NCBI GenBank assembly: GCA_020057555.1
Contig: JAGVFR010000001.1
Coordinates: 3,062 to 67,061, forward strand
Length of the DNA stretch: 64,000 nt
Origin: a bacterium
Lineage (GTDB): Bacteria > Patescibacteriota > Patescibacteriia > UBA9934 > GWF2-40-263
Reading direction: 5' to 3'
Shown here one piece after another: positions 39,618 to 49,024 of this stretch; position 1 is the stretch's first letter; each line of letters opens with the position of its first letter. Both the position numbers and the translations under genes were made by a program. A model generated the notes under the pieces. That model searched no databases, was not told the DNA's origin, and saw only the letters and a program-made list of their open reading frames with translations.

Positions 39618-40445
39618 CTACTTATAATACACATGATCGCCGAATCTAAGGTCGATATACTCAAGCTTTGATACGTCCGTTATCTTTTCTTTTTTTATTA
39701 GTTCGAGTCTCTGTGCTTGAGCATCAACATCACCTGTGACATCAAATAGTATTCGATAACCACCTGTTGTGAGTACACCGGTCCACTTCCCTGCTAAGCG
39801 ATCAAACTCAACTTGCATATAAGAAATATTTTGTGCTTTAAGATGTTCACCAAATCTAAACACGGAATTGATTTCATTTGATGTAAGAACCGAGTCGCCT
39901 ATATCGATTTCAACATTGCTCCTGTCAACAAAAATTGGTAATGAAGACAGGAGATATTCCTCAGCAGTGCGAATTACGATTCCGTCCAAATCAACAACGT
40001 ACGATTGTCCTTTTGTTTGCCATACTAAAAACGAAGTTCGCTCATGAATTTGAATCTCAATTCGATTTTTGATTCTAGAAATTTGAATGTCACGCAATGT
40101 GAACTTCTCTTTCAGTAATTCAACAAGTTTATCTTGATCAAATAAATATCTGCTCTGACGAGGAAAAACTATAAACACTCGATCGCCAGTGTATGATCTC
40201 AACACATCATCAATTTCAGTTTTTGAAATTGTCTCAAGCCCAGAAACGTGAATTTCGTTTATTTGCAAAGAGGGATTTAAAAAAATGATAAATAGAAAAA
40301 CAAGAATCATTAAAAATGAAATCAATACACCGACTAAAATCATCATCGGACGTCTGTCGATTCGTTCGCGAAAATATGGATTTCGAAATGATCGAGACGC
40401 ATATCGTTTGTGTTGAGTTTTCCTAAAAAAATCTCGACGTTTCAT
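39618..40445 (-). CDS. FtsQ/DivIB-like cell division protein (POTRA domain)
   Basis: Basic N-terminus, one TM, INEIHVSG POTRA, IHER, C-terminal EYIDLRFGDHVYYK. Confidence 0.85.
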   Translation of the reverse strand: MKRRDFFRKTQHKRYASRSFRNPYFRERIDRRPMMILVGVLISFLMILVFLFIIFLNPSLQINEIHVSGLETISKTEIDDVLRSYTGDRVFIVFPRQSRYLFDQDKLVELLKEKFTLRDIQISRIKNRIEIQIHERTSFLVWQTKGQSYVVDLDGIVIRTAEEYLLSSLPIFVDRSNVEIDIGDSVLTSNEINSVFRFGEHLKAQNISYMQVEFDRLAGKWTGVLTTGGYRILFDVTGDVDAQAQRLELIKKEKITDVSKLEYIDLRFGDHVYYK

Positions 40446-40492
40446 ATATTAACAGCTATCAGCCGCTAACCTTTAACTGCTAGTTTTAAGAT

Positions 40493-41632
40493 TCACGAAA
40501 CAACGATCCTAGGTAAAAGTGGATTTATCCTCGTCACAATTTCGTAAGGAATGGTTTGAATTTTTCTTGCAACTTCAACTGCACTAATTTCGTGGCGTCC
40601 GTCAATTCCAAGTAAAGTTACCACTTGCTCTTTTTCGACTGTTGGAACTGACGAAACATCGATCATCATCATATTCATACAAACTCTTCCCATAACTTTA
40701 CATCGATAACCACCAACAAGAACTTCTCCGATTGATGACAGAGATCGATCATATCCATCCCTGTATCCAACAGGAAGAACCGCGATGCGACTGCGCTGTT
40801 TAAGTCGTTCTGTTGAACCATATCCAATCGGTGTTCCAATAGGTAAAGATTTGACTTGAGCGACTCGTGTTTTCCATTTGAGTGCAGGCCTCAATTCACA
40901 TGAGATATTTTGTTTGCGTATTGTCTGTTCAACAAGTTCAGATGGCCATATTCCATAAAGTCCAATTCCGGCTCTTACAAGTGTTCCGTGAGTAACCGGA
41001 TAAAGAAGTATCGCGGCTGTACAAGCACAATGAATATGAGGTGGATTAAAACCGTGGTTTTGTAATTCTTTCAACGCATCAGAAAATCGCGAAAATTGAA
41101 GCGAAGCATATTCTGCGTTACCAGTATCCTCAATACTTGCAAAGTGTGTTGAAATTCCACAAATGGAAACATGTGGGCTTCGTTTTATCTCAAGAAGGAA
41201 ATCAATCAATTCTTCCATCAAAATACCTCTCCTAGAAGTCCCAGTTTCGATTTTAAGGTGGATTTGGGCTGTTGATGCTGTTGCGGCCGCAACGCGCTCT
41301 AATTGTTCAATATCTTCGCGATCTGAAAGAGTAAGTTCAATCCCATTTCTAACAGCTTCAGGATATTGATATTGCATTACATATCCAAGAACGATTATTT
41401 GCGCGCTTGGTAGTAATTCACGCAAAACTAGCGCTTCGTCTAAATTATCTACACCAAATGATTGAACGCCAACACGCGCCGCGATTTGCGCAACTTCTTT
41501 CATTCCATGTCCGTATGCGTTGGCTTTTACAATTGCGCAAAAACGCGCTCCTTGAGACAAGGAACGCAATGTTTTGATGTTTGAAATAATCGCTTGCTCA
41601 TCAATTTCAACCCATGTTCTTTCCATATTCAT
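40493..41632 (-). CDS. alr: Alanine racemase
   Basis: IVKANAYGHG, HLKIETG..R.G, PIGYG, GYRDG, GRVCM, TIPYEI. Confidence 0.97.
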   Translation of the reverse strand: MNMERTWVEIDEQAIISNIKTLRSLSQGARFCAIVKANAYGHGMKEVAQIAARVGVQSFGVDNLDEALVLRELLPSAQIIVLGYVMQYQYPEAVRNGIELTLSDREDIEQLERVAAATASTAQIHLKIETGTSRRGILMEELIDFLLEIKRSPHVSICGISTHFASIEDTGNAEYASLQFSRFSDALKELQNHGFNPPHIHCACTAAILLYPVTHGTLVRAGIGLYGIWPSELVEQTIRKQNISCELRPALKWKTRVAQVKSLPIGTPIGYGSTERLKQRSRIAVLPVGYRDGYDRSLSSIGEVLVGGYRCKVMGRVCMNMMMIDVSSVPTVEKEQVVTLLGIDGRHEISAVEVARKIQTIPYEIVTRINPLLPRIVVS

Positions 41633-42005
41633 CTTTCAATTGTTTAGTAAACTCGATCGGAATTTCTTGTTTATTTTCAGCCATCCATTTTCTTAAACTT
41701 AACTCCAATTTTTTTTGATCGTAACCTAAAACTATAATGTCAGGATCAATTTTTTTGACCACACCATAGCTCCCAAGTGTTTCATCTGATAATTCTGCAT
41801 CTTCAATTCCAGGAATTTGAAGAATAGTTTCAAGACGGATTTGCTCACTATTATTTGGAGATTTGTTTTTAAGTTTTTGTACATGAGAATCACGAGTGAC
41901 TGAAACAAAGAGCAAGTCCCCTTCCCTTTTTGCTTGTTTCAAAAAAAACAAATGCCCGGCATGAAGCCCGTCAAATGTTCCAAATACAAGCACGCGCCTG
42001 TTCAT
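41607..42005 (-). CDS. Cytidylyltransferase-family nucleotidyltransferase (FAD synthase RibL-like)
   Basis: FGTFDGLHAGH, PDIIVLGYDQ. Confidence 0.85.
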   Translation of the reverse strand: MNRRVLVFGTFDGLHAGHLFFLKQAKREGDLLFVSVTRDSHVQKLKNKSPNNSEQIRLETILQIPGIEDAELSDETLGSYGVVKKIDPDIIVLGYDQKKLELSLRKWMAENKQEIPIEFTKQLKDEYGKNMG

Positions 42006-42006
42006 A

Positions 42007-43482
42007 TTATTTGATTTCAGGACGCAACGTTGGAAACAGAATAACCTCTTTGATATTTTCCGCTCCAGTCAAAAGCATCACCATGCGGTCAACCCCAATC
42101 CCAAGCCCGCAAACTGGCGGCATTCCATGCTTGATTGCTTCTAAATAATCCTCGTCAGTTTGATGAGCCTCTTCAAAACCAGCTTTTTCACGAGCTTTTT
42201 CAGCGACAAATCGTTTTTCAAGATCAACTGGATCATTAAGTTCAGAATAGTTGTTTCCAATTTCACTTCCTAGCGCAAAAGCTTCAAATCGCTCAACAAA
42301 TTTTGAATCTGAACATTTTTTCGCAAGCGGAGAAACTTCAACCGGATAATCGTAAATTATTGTTGGTTGAATAAGTTTTTCTTCAACAAGTTCTTCAAAT
42401 GCAAAAGCCATCAGCTCACCAACTGTCTGCATTTGATCAATAATCTCATGTTGAGACTTTGGTAATTTTTTTTTCAATTCTTCTCTTGCTTTCTTTTCAT
42501 TTTCCCAAGTATTTGACTCAAGACCTCCGATTTTTTCTACTGCCTCTACAAGTCTCATTCTTTTCCATGGGCGCGCGAGTTCTATTGTTGTTTCGCCATG
42601 CAAAACACTTGTCTTGCCAAGCGCTTGTTTTGCCGCGAATTCAAAAATTTCTTCAAACAAATCCATACCATACAAATAATTTTGATATGCAATCTGCGCT
42701 TCAAACATTGTAAACTCTGGATTATGATCGCGATCAATTCCTTCATTTCGAAATACTTTTGTAATCTCGTAAACTTTTTCAAAACCTCCGACAATCAGTC
42801 GCTTGAGATACATCTCGTCTGAAATCCGAAGAAAAAAATCAGCATCAAGCGCGTTGTGGTGCGTTTTGAAGGGTCGAGCAAAACCTCCTCCATATACTGG
42901 CTGAAGTGTCGGTGTTTCAACTTCAATAAAACCACGCGAATCAAGCAAACTTCGAATCGCAACAATAATTCTTGATCTTGAAAGAAGACGTTCGCGCACT
43001 TCAGCATTCATTATTAAATCCAAATAGCGTTTTCTAAAACGTGTTTCAACGTCCGAAAGCCCATGCCATTTTTCTGGCAAAGGAAGCAATGACTTGGCAA
43101 GAGGAGTATAAACAAAAACATCCAAACTTTGTTCACCTTTTTTTGTGACAAACGCTTTTCCAGTGCATTGCAAAAAATCCCCAATATCCATCATTTGCAA
43201 GAATTGTTTGTACGATGCTTCACCAACGTGATCTTTTCGAATTACAATTTGAACAAGACCAGAACCATCTTGAATTTGGCAAAAAGTTAAACCACCGTGT
43301 GTTCGAATCAATCTAATTCGTCCAACCAGAGAAACATCTTGTTGCGAATTTTGAAAAGTTTCAAATTCTTTTAGAAACTCCGCAACAGTATTCGATCTTT
43401 GAGTTGTTGATGGATAAGGATCAATTCCAGCATCTCGCATTGCTTGAAGGCGTGCGAGTCGCGCTTGTGTTTCGTCAATCAT
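42007..43482 (-). CDS. lysS: Lysine--tRNA ligase (class II)
   Basis: LPEKWHGL, YLKRLIVGG, FRNEG..HNPEFT, GLGIGVDR. Confidence 0.98.
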   Translation of the reverse strand: MIDETQARLARLQAMRDAGIDPYPSTTQRSNTVAEFLKEFETFQNSQQDVSLVGRIRLIRTHGGLTFCQIQDGSGLVQIVIRKDHVGEASYKQFLQMMDIGDFLQCTGKAFVTKKGEQSLDVFVYTPLAKSLLPLPEKWHGLSDVETRFRKRYLDLIMNAEVRERLLSRSRIIVAIRSLLDSRGFIEVETPTLQPVYGGGFARPFKTHHNALDADFFLRISDEMYLKRLIVGGFEKVYEITKVFRNEGIDRDHNPEFTMFEAQIAYQNYLYGMDLFEEIFEFAAKQALGKTSVLHGETTIELARPWKRMRLVEAVEKIGGLESNTWENEKKAREELKKKLPKSQHEIIDQMQTVGELMAFAFEELVEEKLIQPTIIYDYPVEVSPLAKKCSDSKFVERFEAFALGSEIGNNYSELNDPVDLEKRFVAEKAREKAGFEEAHQTDEDYLEAIKHGMPPVCGLGIGVDRMVMLLTGAENIKEVILFPTLRPEIK

Positions 43483-43495
43483 ATTTTAAGGAAAG

Positions 43496-43573
43496 CATGA
43501 GCTACAGCACACATGTCTCCGGGCCAGCGGACTCCTCGCCGCTGTTCCCTCCGACATGGTGCTGTAGCTCATG
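43496..43573. repeat. Structured intergenic element, copy B
   Basis: Outer stem CATGAGCTACAGCAC(A)CATGTC / GACATGGTGCTGTAGCTCATG around core TCCGGGCCAGCGGACTCCTCGCCGCTGTTCCCTCC. Confidence 0.92.
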
Positions 43574-43588
43574 GAAGTCCATAAGTTA

Positions 43589-44053
43589 TTACAGAATTTT
43601 TACAATTTTATATTCAATAGAACCGCTTAGAACACTAATTGAAACTGCCTCCCCTACCCTGTGGCCAACAAAGGCTTGGCCAAGCGGTGATTCATTACTA
43701 ATTTTTCCTGAAACTGGATCAGCTTCTGTTGAACCAACCAATGAAAAAGTTTTTTCAATTCCATTTACAACAACTTGAAATGTGCATCCAAGATTGATTA
43801 CATCCGTGCCTGATGTTTTTTCAACCAAAACTGCGTTGTGAATCATTTCTTCAAGCTGAACAACTCGAGCCTCGTTTAGAGCTTGTTGTTCTTTCGCGTC
43901 TTGATATTCAAAATTCTCTGACAAATCACCGAGCTCTTTTGCAGAACTAATGATTTCCGCGATTTCACGACGTGTTTCTCTTGATCGTTTTTCAAGTTCG
44001 TCTTTTAGGTCTTCTAATTTTTCTTTTGAGAGATAAACCATAATATGTGTCAT
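43589..44053 (-). CDS. greA: Transcription elongation factor GreA
   Basis: GDLSENFEY, EADP..GKISNESPLG. Confidence 0.97.
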   Translation of the reverse strand: MTHIMVYLSKEKLEDLKDELEKRSRETRREIAEIISSAKELGDLSENFEYQDAKEQQALNEARVVQLEEMIHNAVLVEKTSGTDVINLGCTFQVVVNGIEKTFSLVGSTEADPVSGKISNESPLGQAFVGHRVGEAVSISVLSGSIEYKIVKIL

Positions 44054-44086
44054 TCAAACCTACCGTTCTTAAGGATGTATGTCAAC

Positions 44087-45157
44087 CTATTTTTTAATAT
44101 GCTTCCCCCTAGGAATTGTAGCAAAAGCAGTTGCAAATGGAACAGTTAACATGAGCGATATTGTCCCAACAATTGTTCTTACAAATTCTTCAGCAACTGC
44201 CTGGTTATTGAGAAAAGTACCAACATCTGACGAAGATGAAAAATAAATAAGAAAAATTGGCAATGCCGCGCCAGCATAGACCAAGACAAGTGTGTTAACA
44301 GTTGAAGCAATGTGATGCCGACCAATACGCATTGCTCTGAAAAATAAATCCTTTCGCGAAAGTGTTGGATCAACGTCAAGCATTTCACCTACAACTTCTG
44401 ATTGAGTTACAGCAACATCATCCAAAACACCCACTGTTCCAAGAATCACGGCCGCAATGAAAAGCGCAACTGGATCTTTAATTGTTTCAACTTCCCACAA
44501 AAGCAATGTCGACTCTTCTGTTCCAACGCCTGAAAGTGAACTTACGTGTGTGAAAATATAACTTAATATCACAACAACGAATAACCCAGCGACTGTTCCT
44601 AGAAATGAAAAAAATGTTCGCACACGCAATCCGTGAGACAAATGAATGTTCACAAATAAAATAACAATTGAAGCAAGAACTGTCATTAGAATCGGATCGC
44701 GTCCAGCGAGAATTTGTGGAAACAAAAACCAAAACAAAACAAACAAAGTAAACGCAAGACCGATAAGCGAAAACAAACCTCGAAAAAATCCAATCACGAT
44801 TGCGATTGCCGCGAAAATGAAAAAAAGCGACATGAGCGATCCTGTTCGAACTTTGTCATCAAAATAAGTTGTTTGTGTTCCATCTGAATTTTCAACAATT
44901 CGCAACAATACTCGATCACCCTTTTTTAGGGTGATGTATAAACCGTCTGGATACGAATCAGATGTGTCGACCTTAAACACTTCACCAAATGAACTTTTTG
45001 ATTCAAATTTATAAAAATGCTTTCCATCTGACTCTTGATCTTGAATGTTTATAATTGTCGCTTTTACTTCTTTTGGTTCTGTAATTTCCTGCGCAAAAAC
45101 GCTCGTTGCAGAAAACATGAACAAAAAGAAACAAAAAATAATTCCCCGAGTTTTCAT
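44087..45157 (-). CDS. YibE/F-family membrane protein
   Basis: GVLDDVAVTQ, MRIGRHHIASTVNTLVLVYAG; start moved to ATG 45157, which gives a signal peptide. Confidence 0.9.
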   Translation of the reverse strand: MKTRGIIFCFFLFMFSATSVFAQEITEPKEVKATIINIQDQESDGKHFYKFESKSSFGEVFKVDTSDSYPDGLYITLKKGDRVLLRIVENSDGTQTTYFDDKVRTGSLMSLFFIFAAIAIVIGFFRGLFSLIGLAFTLFVLFWFLFPQILAGRDPILMTVLASIVILFVNIHLSHGLRVRTFFSFLGTVAGLFVVVILSYIFTHVSSLSGVGTEESTLLLWEVETIKDPVALFIAAVILGTVGVLDDVAVTQSEVVGEMLDVDPTLSRKDLFFRAMRIGRHHIASTVNTLVLVYAGAALPIFLIYFSSSSDVGTFLNNQAVAEEFVRTIVGTISLMLTVPFATAFATIPRGKHIKK

Positions 45158-45182
45158 AGGTTTATAGTTTACCATATCGGTC

Positions 45183-45259
45183 ATTTTGAGGTCGAACCAT
45201 GTCTCCGGGCCAGCGGACTCCTCGCCGCTGTTCCCTACGACATGATTCGACATCAAAAT
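45183..45259. repeat. Structured intergenic element, copy C
   Basis: 47-nt core (45198-45244) matches copy B (43512-43558) at all but one base; different outer stem ATTTTGAGGTCGAAC / ATTCGACATCAAAAT. Confidence 0.92.
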
Positions 45260-45265
45260 ATAATG

Positions 45266-45288
45266 AAAAACAGCCTGAATTGGCTGTT
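45266..45288 (-). terminator. Intrinsic terminator overlapping pilM stop
   Basis: AACAGCC/GGCTGTT stem followed by U run on the minus strand. Confidence 0.75.
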
Positions 45289-46477
45289 ACGAGAGAGTCA
45301 AGGTTCTCTTGGTGAAAGGAAACTTGATAGATATCGGAAGTTTGAATGGATTGCCCAGTAAGAAGCCTGAATACTTCGTGTCAGGTGGACAGAGATTGAT
45401 CCTGACGTCGTTCGCTCCGATCTTTGAATCGCCATTGAACCGTCTGGCAAGGCCGACTGCGACTGTTGCAAACGTTTCCATCTGACGAAGAAGTTCGAGG
45501 TCGAAATCGCGCGCATCAACACTGATGTTCTTGAATGGATTAACGAGCTCTACGGGAATTCTGAATCGCCGCTCACAAGCCCTGATAAAGGCGCTAGATT
45601 GCGACACACCTCCGCTTAAGTAAATCCGTGCGATGTCAGCTTTCATGGTAACTGCCGCGAAGTAGTCAAGAGATCGTTTTATCTCTGTGACGAATGTTTC
45701 CGATACGTGTTCCTCGAGCTTTCGCACTTCACAAAGCACAGAAGACGAGGAAATCGAATCGTCTTCTGATGTCTGGTAGTGCACTGCTTCTGCCCACGAA
45801 ACATTGAGCTGTTTCATTATCTCGGCGGTCAGAAACGTTCCGCCCATCGAGATCTCACGCGTAAAGGTTGTGATCCCGTTTGAGATCACATTGATACTGA
45901 TGCTTGAGGCACCAACATTGAAAAGAACAATGATCTCGTTTGAAGGACAGCTATAGTTCAGGTCGAACGAGTTCTGAACAGCGAACGTGTCAATGTCCAC
46001 GACTTCTGGGGAAAGCCCGGCTTCTCGAACCACATAAATATAGTCATTGACAACATCCTTTTTCGCGGCCACAAGCAAAACATCCATCTGTCCCTGATAA
46101 GCTTTGGGATTGAGGATTTGAACATCGATGTTGACTTTCTTTATGTCGAACGGGATGTACTGCTCTGCTTCCCAAATTATTGCCTCTCGCAGTTCTTCAG
46201 GAGTCATCTCTGGAATCGAGATCTTCTTGACGATAACTGAATGCCCTGACATCGAAATCGCGCATCGTGAACGTCCGCACTTATTAACTTTCACTAATTC
46301 GCGAAGTGTGTTGACAATCGCGTCGGGGTTCAACAGTGCCCCGTCAACAATGGTTTCCGGAGGCAACATGCAACTATCGAATTTGACGAGTTTGAGCCCA
46401 GTTCCAGTCTCTGCGAGCTGACACAGCTTGATTGAAGAAGATCCGATGTCCAGTCCAAGTAGTAATTTTCGTGACAT
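45287..46477 (-). CDS. pilM: Orphan type IV pilus assembly protein PilM with C-terminal PilN-like INLxP peptide
   Basis: GLDIGSSSIK, EAEQYIPF, VLLVAAKK, LSGG, NPF, AVGLA; start ATG 46477 after AAGGAG; tail DVRINLCP. Confidence 0.92.
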   Translation of the reverse strand: MSRKLLLGLDIGSSSIKLCQLAETGTGLKLVKFDSCMLPPETIVDGALLNPDAIVNTLRELVKVNKCGRSRCAISMSGHSVIVKKISIPEMTPEELREAIIWEAEQYIPFDIKKVNIDVQILNPKAYQGQMDVLLVAAKKDVVNDYIYVVREAGLSPEVVDIDTFAVQNSFDLNYSCPSNEIIVLFNVGASSISINVISNGITTFTREISMGGTFLTAEIMKQLNVSWAEAVHYQTSEDDSISSSSVLCEVRKLEEHVSETFVTEIKRSLDYFAAVTMKADIARIYLSGGVSQSSAFIRACERRFRIPVELVNPFKNISVDARDFDLELLRQMETFATVAVGLARRFNGDSKIGANDVRINLCPPDTKYSGFLLGNPFKLPISIKFPFTKRTLTLS

Positions 46478-46615
46478 TTCCGACTCCTTTTTGCGTCTGC
46501 CAGGAAACGCAGAGTTATTTAAACACATCTGAAGTATTTGGTCTACTTAAAAGTGTTCAAATCGTCCAGCAAAAATTGGTGTTTACGAGGAAATAAGGTA
46601 AACTTGCGCAGTTGT

Positions 46616-47476
46616 ATGAAATTTCTCAAACCACTACTTATAATCATAGTTATTATACTTGCCTCCTATAGTCTGTTTGTTGCATTTCCACGCAAAGTAA
46701 ACGACAACAACTATCAAAAACCATCTGTTGCCGCGACAATCTTTCCTCTTTACGATATTGTAAAAAACATTGCTGGAAATGAAATTGACGTCTCTCTGAT
46801 TCTTCCTCCTGGCGCAAGCCCACATACTTTTGAACCAACTCCGACGATTTTGCGAGAAATGAAAAAAGCCCAAACTGTTTTTATGATCGGTCATGGAATA
46901 GATGATTGGGCAAAAAGTTTAGTTGAAGATTCGAACAAAATTTTAGCTGTTGATAATGGAATTACTCTTCGTCCAAATGACCCTCATTATTTTTTAACAG
47001 GAGAAAACGCGATCCTGATTTCACAAACCGTTGCAGATTCTCTTATATTGGCACTTCCAAATTTAACAGGTTCAATTAGTGAAAATCAAAAAAAATATCA
47101 AATAGAACTAGAAAAAATGAATGAACAAATTAAAACAGAATTATCTAAAGTAAAAAATCGCGAACTCATTACTTTTCATGATGCGTGGTATTATTTTGCA
47201 GAGGCATACGGGTTGAACATCGTTGGAACATTCGAACCAAGTGTTGGCCGTGAACCAACACCGCAATATCTCGCAAAACTTTCACAGAAGATAAAAGAGA
47301 CTGGCGTTCGCGTTCTTTACGCTGAACCACAATTCTCAACACGAGGCATTGAAGCATTCTTGAATGACAACAATGTATCTGTTGTAATAATTGACCCAGA
47401 AGGTGGAGGTGTCGAGTCTACTTCATTTATAAACTTGATGATTTCAAATGCGCGAACAATTGCAAAAAACCAATAA
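46616..47476 (+). CDS. znuA: Zn/Mn ABC transporter substrate-binding protein (ZnuA-like)
   Basis: PPGASPHTFEPTP, NDPHY, FHDAWYYF; start moved to ATG 46616. Confidence 0.9.
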   Translation: MKFLKPLLIIIVIILASYSLFVAFPRKVNDNNYQKPSVAATIFPLYDIVKNIAGNEIDVSLILPPGASPHTFEPTPTILREMKKAQTVFMIGHGIDDWAKSLVEDSNKILAVDNGITLRPNDPHYFLTGENAILISQTVADSLILALPNLTGSISENQKKYQIELEKMNEQIKTELSKVKNRELITFHDAWYYFAEAYGLNIVGTFEPSVGREPTPQYLAKLSQKIKETGVRVLYAEPQFSTRGIEAFLNDNNVSVVIIDPEGGGVESTSFINLMISNARTIAKNQ

Positions 47477-48194
47477 TCAACATCCGATGATACAAGTCAA
47501 AAATCTTTCGGTTGTTTATGGTCATCAAACAATTTTGTCTCATGTTTCATTTGATGTGAAACATGGCGAAATCGCCGCGGTAATCGGCCCAAATGGCTCT
47601 GGAAAAACGACGCTCATTCGCGCGATTTTAGGTTTAATACCTTTCGATGGAGAAATTTTGATTGATGGTCAACTTCCTTCACACGTTCGCTCGCATGTCG
47701 GATACGTTCCACAAAGATTTCGTTTCGACCCAGACTTCCCAATCACAGTTAGAGAATATCTTGATCTGTCAAAAACGCATGTTCATAAATATGAGTACGC
47801 GCACAAACTCAAAGAAGTTGGTCTTGAAACTTCCATTCTTCATAAACCTCTTGGTTCGCTTTCCGGCGGACAACTTCAACGCGTTTTAATCGCGCAAGCG
47901 ACAATCGATCATCCAACTCTTCTTATTTTAGACGAACCTTCAACTGGAATCGATATCGTAGGTGAAGAACAATTTTACGAACTTCTCAAATCACAACGCG
48001 ACCAACACGGAACAACAGTTATTCTTGTGTCACATGATATTGCTGTTGTTTCAAATGTTGTAGATCAAGTCATTTGCGTGAATAAACGTCTTGTTTGTTT
48101 TGGGCCGCCAAGACAAGCACTCACGCAAGAAAAACTCTCCGAGTTGTACGGGAAAAAAGACGCATCGCTTTATTCTCATCACCATCACAATTAA
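47448..48194 (+). CDS. znuC: Zn/Mn ABC transporter ATPase (ZnuC-like)
   Basis: GPNGSGKT, GYVPQ, LSGGQ, LDEP, His-rich tail; start may be 47487. Confidence 0.92.
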   Translation: MREQLQKTNNQHPMIQVKNLSVVYGHQTILSHVSFDVKHGEIAAVIGPNGSGKTTLIRAILGLIPFDGEILIDGQLPSHVRSHVGYVPQRFRFDPDFPITVREYLDLSKTHVHKYEYAHKLKEVGLETSILHKPLGSLSGGQLQRVLIAQATIDHPTLLILDEPSTGIDIVGEEQFYELLKSQRDQHGTTVILVSHDIAVVSNVVDQVICVNKRLVCFGPPRQALTQEKLSELYGKKDASLYSHHHHN

Positions 48195-48196
48195 AT

Positions 48197-48997
48197 ATGG
48201 AACTTCTTGAATTCCTACAATACCCATTCATGCAACGCGCGCTTGTCGCTGGAATTTTGCTTGGCGTGCTTCTTGCTACTCTTGGCGTGTTTGTGACTTT
48301 AAGAAGAATGGCTTTTTTTGGTGAAGGGATAGCCCATGCTTCACTTGCGGGAATTGCGATTGGAATTCTCACAGGATTTAGTCCATTGCCGGTTGCTATG
48401 ATCTGGGCAGTCATTCTTGCTCTTCTTATTTTTACACTTGAACAAAAAACAAAACTTCCTATTGACACAGTGATCGGAATTTTTTTTACATCAGCAATGG
48501 CGCTTGGTGTTGTTTTGATGAATTTCACTTCTGGATATCAACCTGAACTTCTTTCATTTTTGTTTGGAAGCATTCTTTCTGTTTCGATTTCTGACCTTTG
48601 GACTATCGCCATATCAACAATTGTAATTCTTATTTGGCTAATTTCCTCACGAAGACAACTCACGTTTCTTTCTTTATCAGAAGAACAAGCGATTGTAAGT
48701 GGAATTCCAGTTCGTTTACAAACAGCGATTCTTTATGTCGCACTTTCTGTCGCAACTGTTCTTGGAGTAAAAATCTTGGGAATCATTCTTGTGTCAGCGC
48801 TTCTTATTATTCCTCCAGCGATTAGTCGATTGCATGCAAAAAGTTTTCGCTCGCACATGATTCTCGCGGTTTTATTTTCAGAAATTATAATTATACTCGG
48901 CTTGGCGCTTTCATTTTTTTATGATCTACCATCAGGCGCAGTAATTGTTTTGGTTGGTGCATTTCTATTTTTACTATCACTTCTTTTTTCACATTGA
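48197..48997 (+). CDS. znuB: Zn/Mn ABC transporter permease (ZnuB-like)
   Basis: FMQRAL, RRMAFFGEGIAHASLAG, LFGSIL, DLPSG; start moved to ATG 48197. Confidence 0.92.
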   Translation: MELLEFLQYPFMQRALVAGILLGVLLATLGVFVTLRRMAFFGEGIAHASLAGIAIGILTGFSPLPVAMIWAVILALLIFTLEQKTKLPIDTVIGIFFTSAMALGVVLMNFTSGYQPELLSFLFGSILSVSISDLWTIAISTIVILIWLISSRRQLTFLSLSEEQAIVSGIPVRLQTAILYVALSVATVLGVKILGIILVSALLIIPPAISRLHAKSFRSHMILAVLFSEIIIILGLALSFFYDLPSGAVIVLVGAFLFLLSLLFSH

Positions 48998-49024
48998 TCG
49001 GAAGTTTTTTGTTCTGTCTTTTTT

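Noticed and set aside
43512-43558. Core loop UCCUCGC resembles L3 of HDV-like ribozymes
   Set aside because: Could not build P3, P1/P1.1 (GG), the J4/2 catalytic C or P2 in any copy; the loop closes a simple 6-7 bp stem.
45158-45256. 33-aa N-terminal extension of the YibE/F ORF in the ORF track
   Set aside because: It is element C read through by chance; ATG 45157 gives a normal signal peptide and has a -10-like box upstream.
46600-46615. Imperfect palindrome AACTTGCGCAGTT before znuA as a Zur box
   Set aside because: Short, imperfect and not matching a Zur/Fur consensus I can support.
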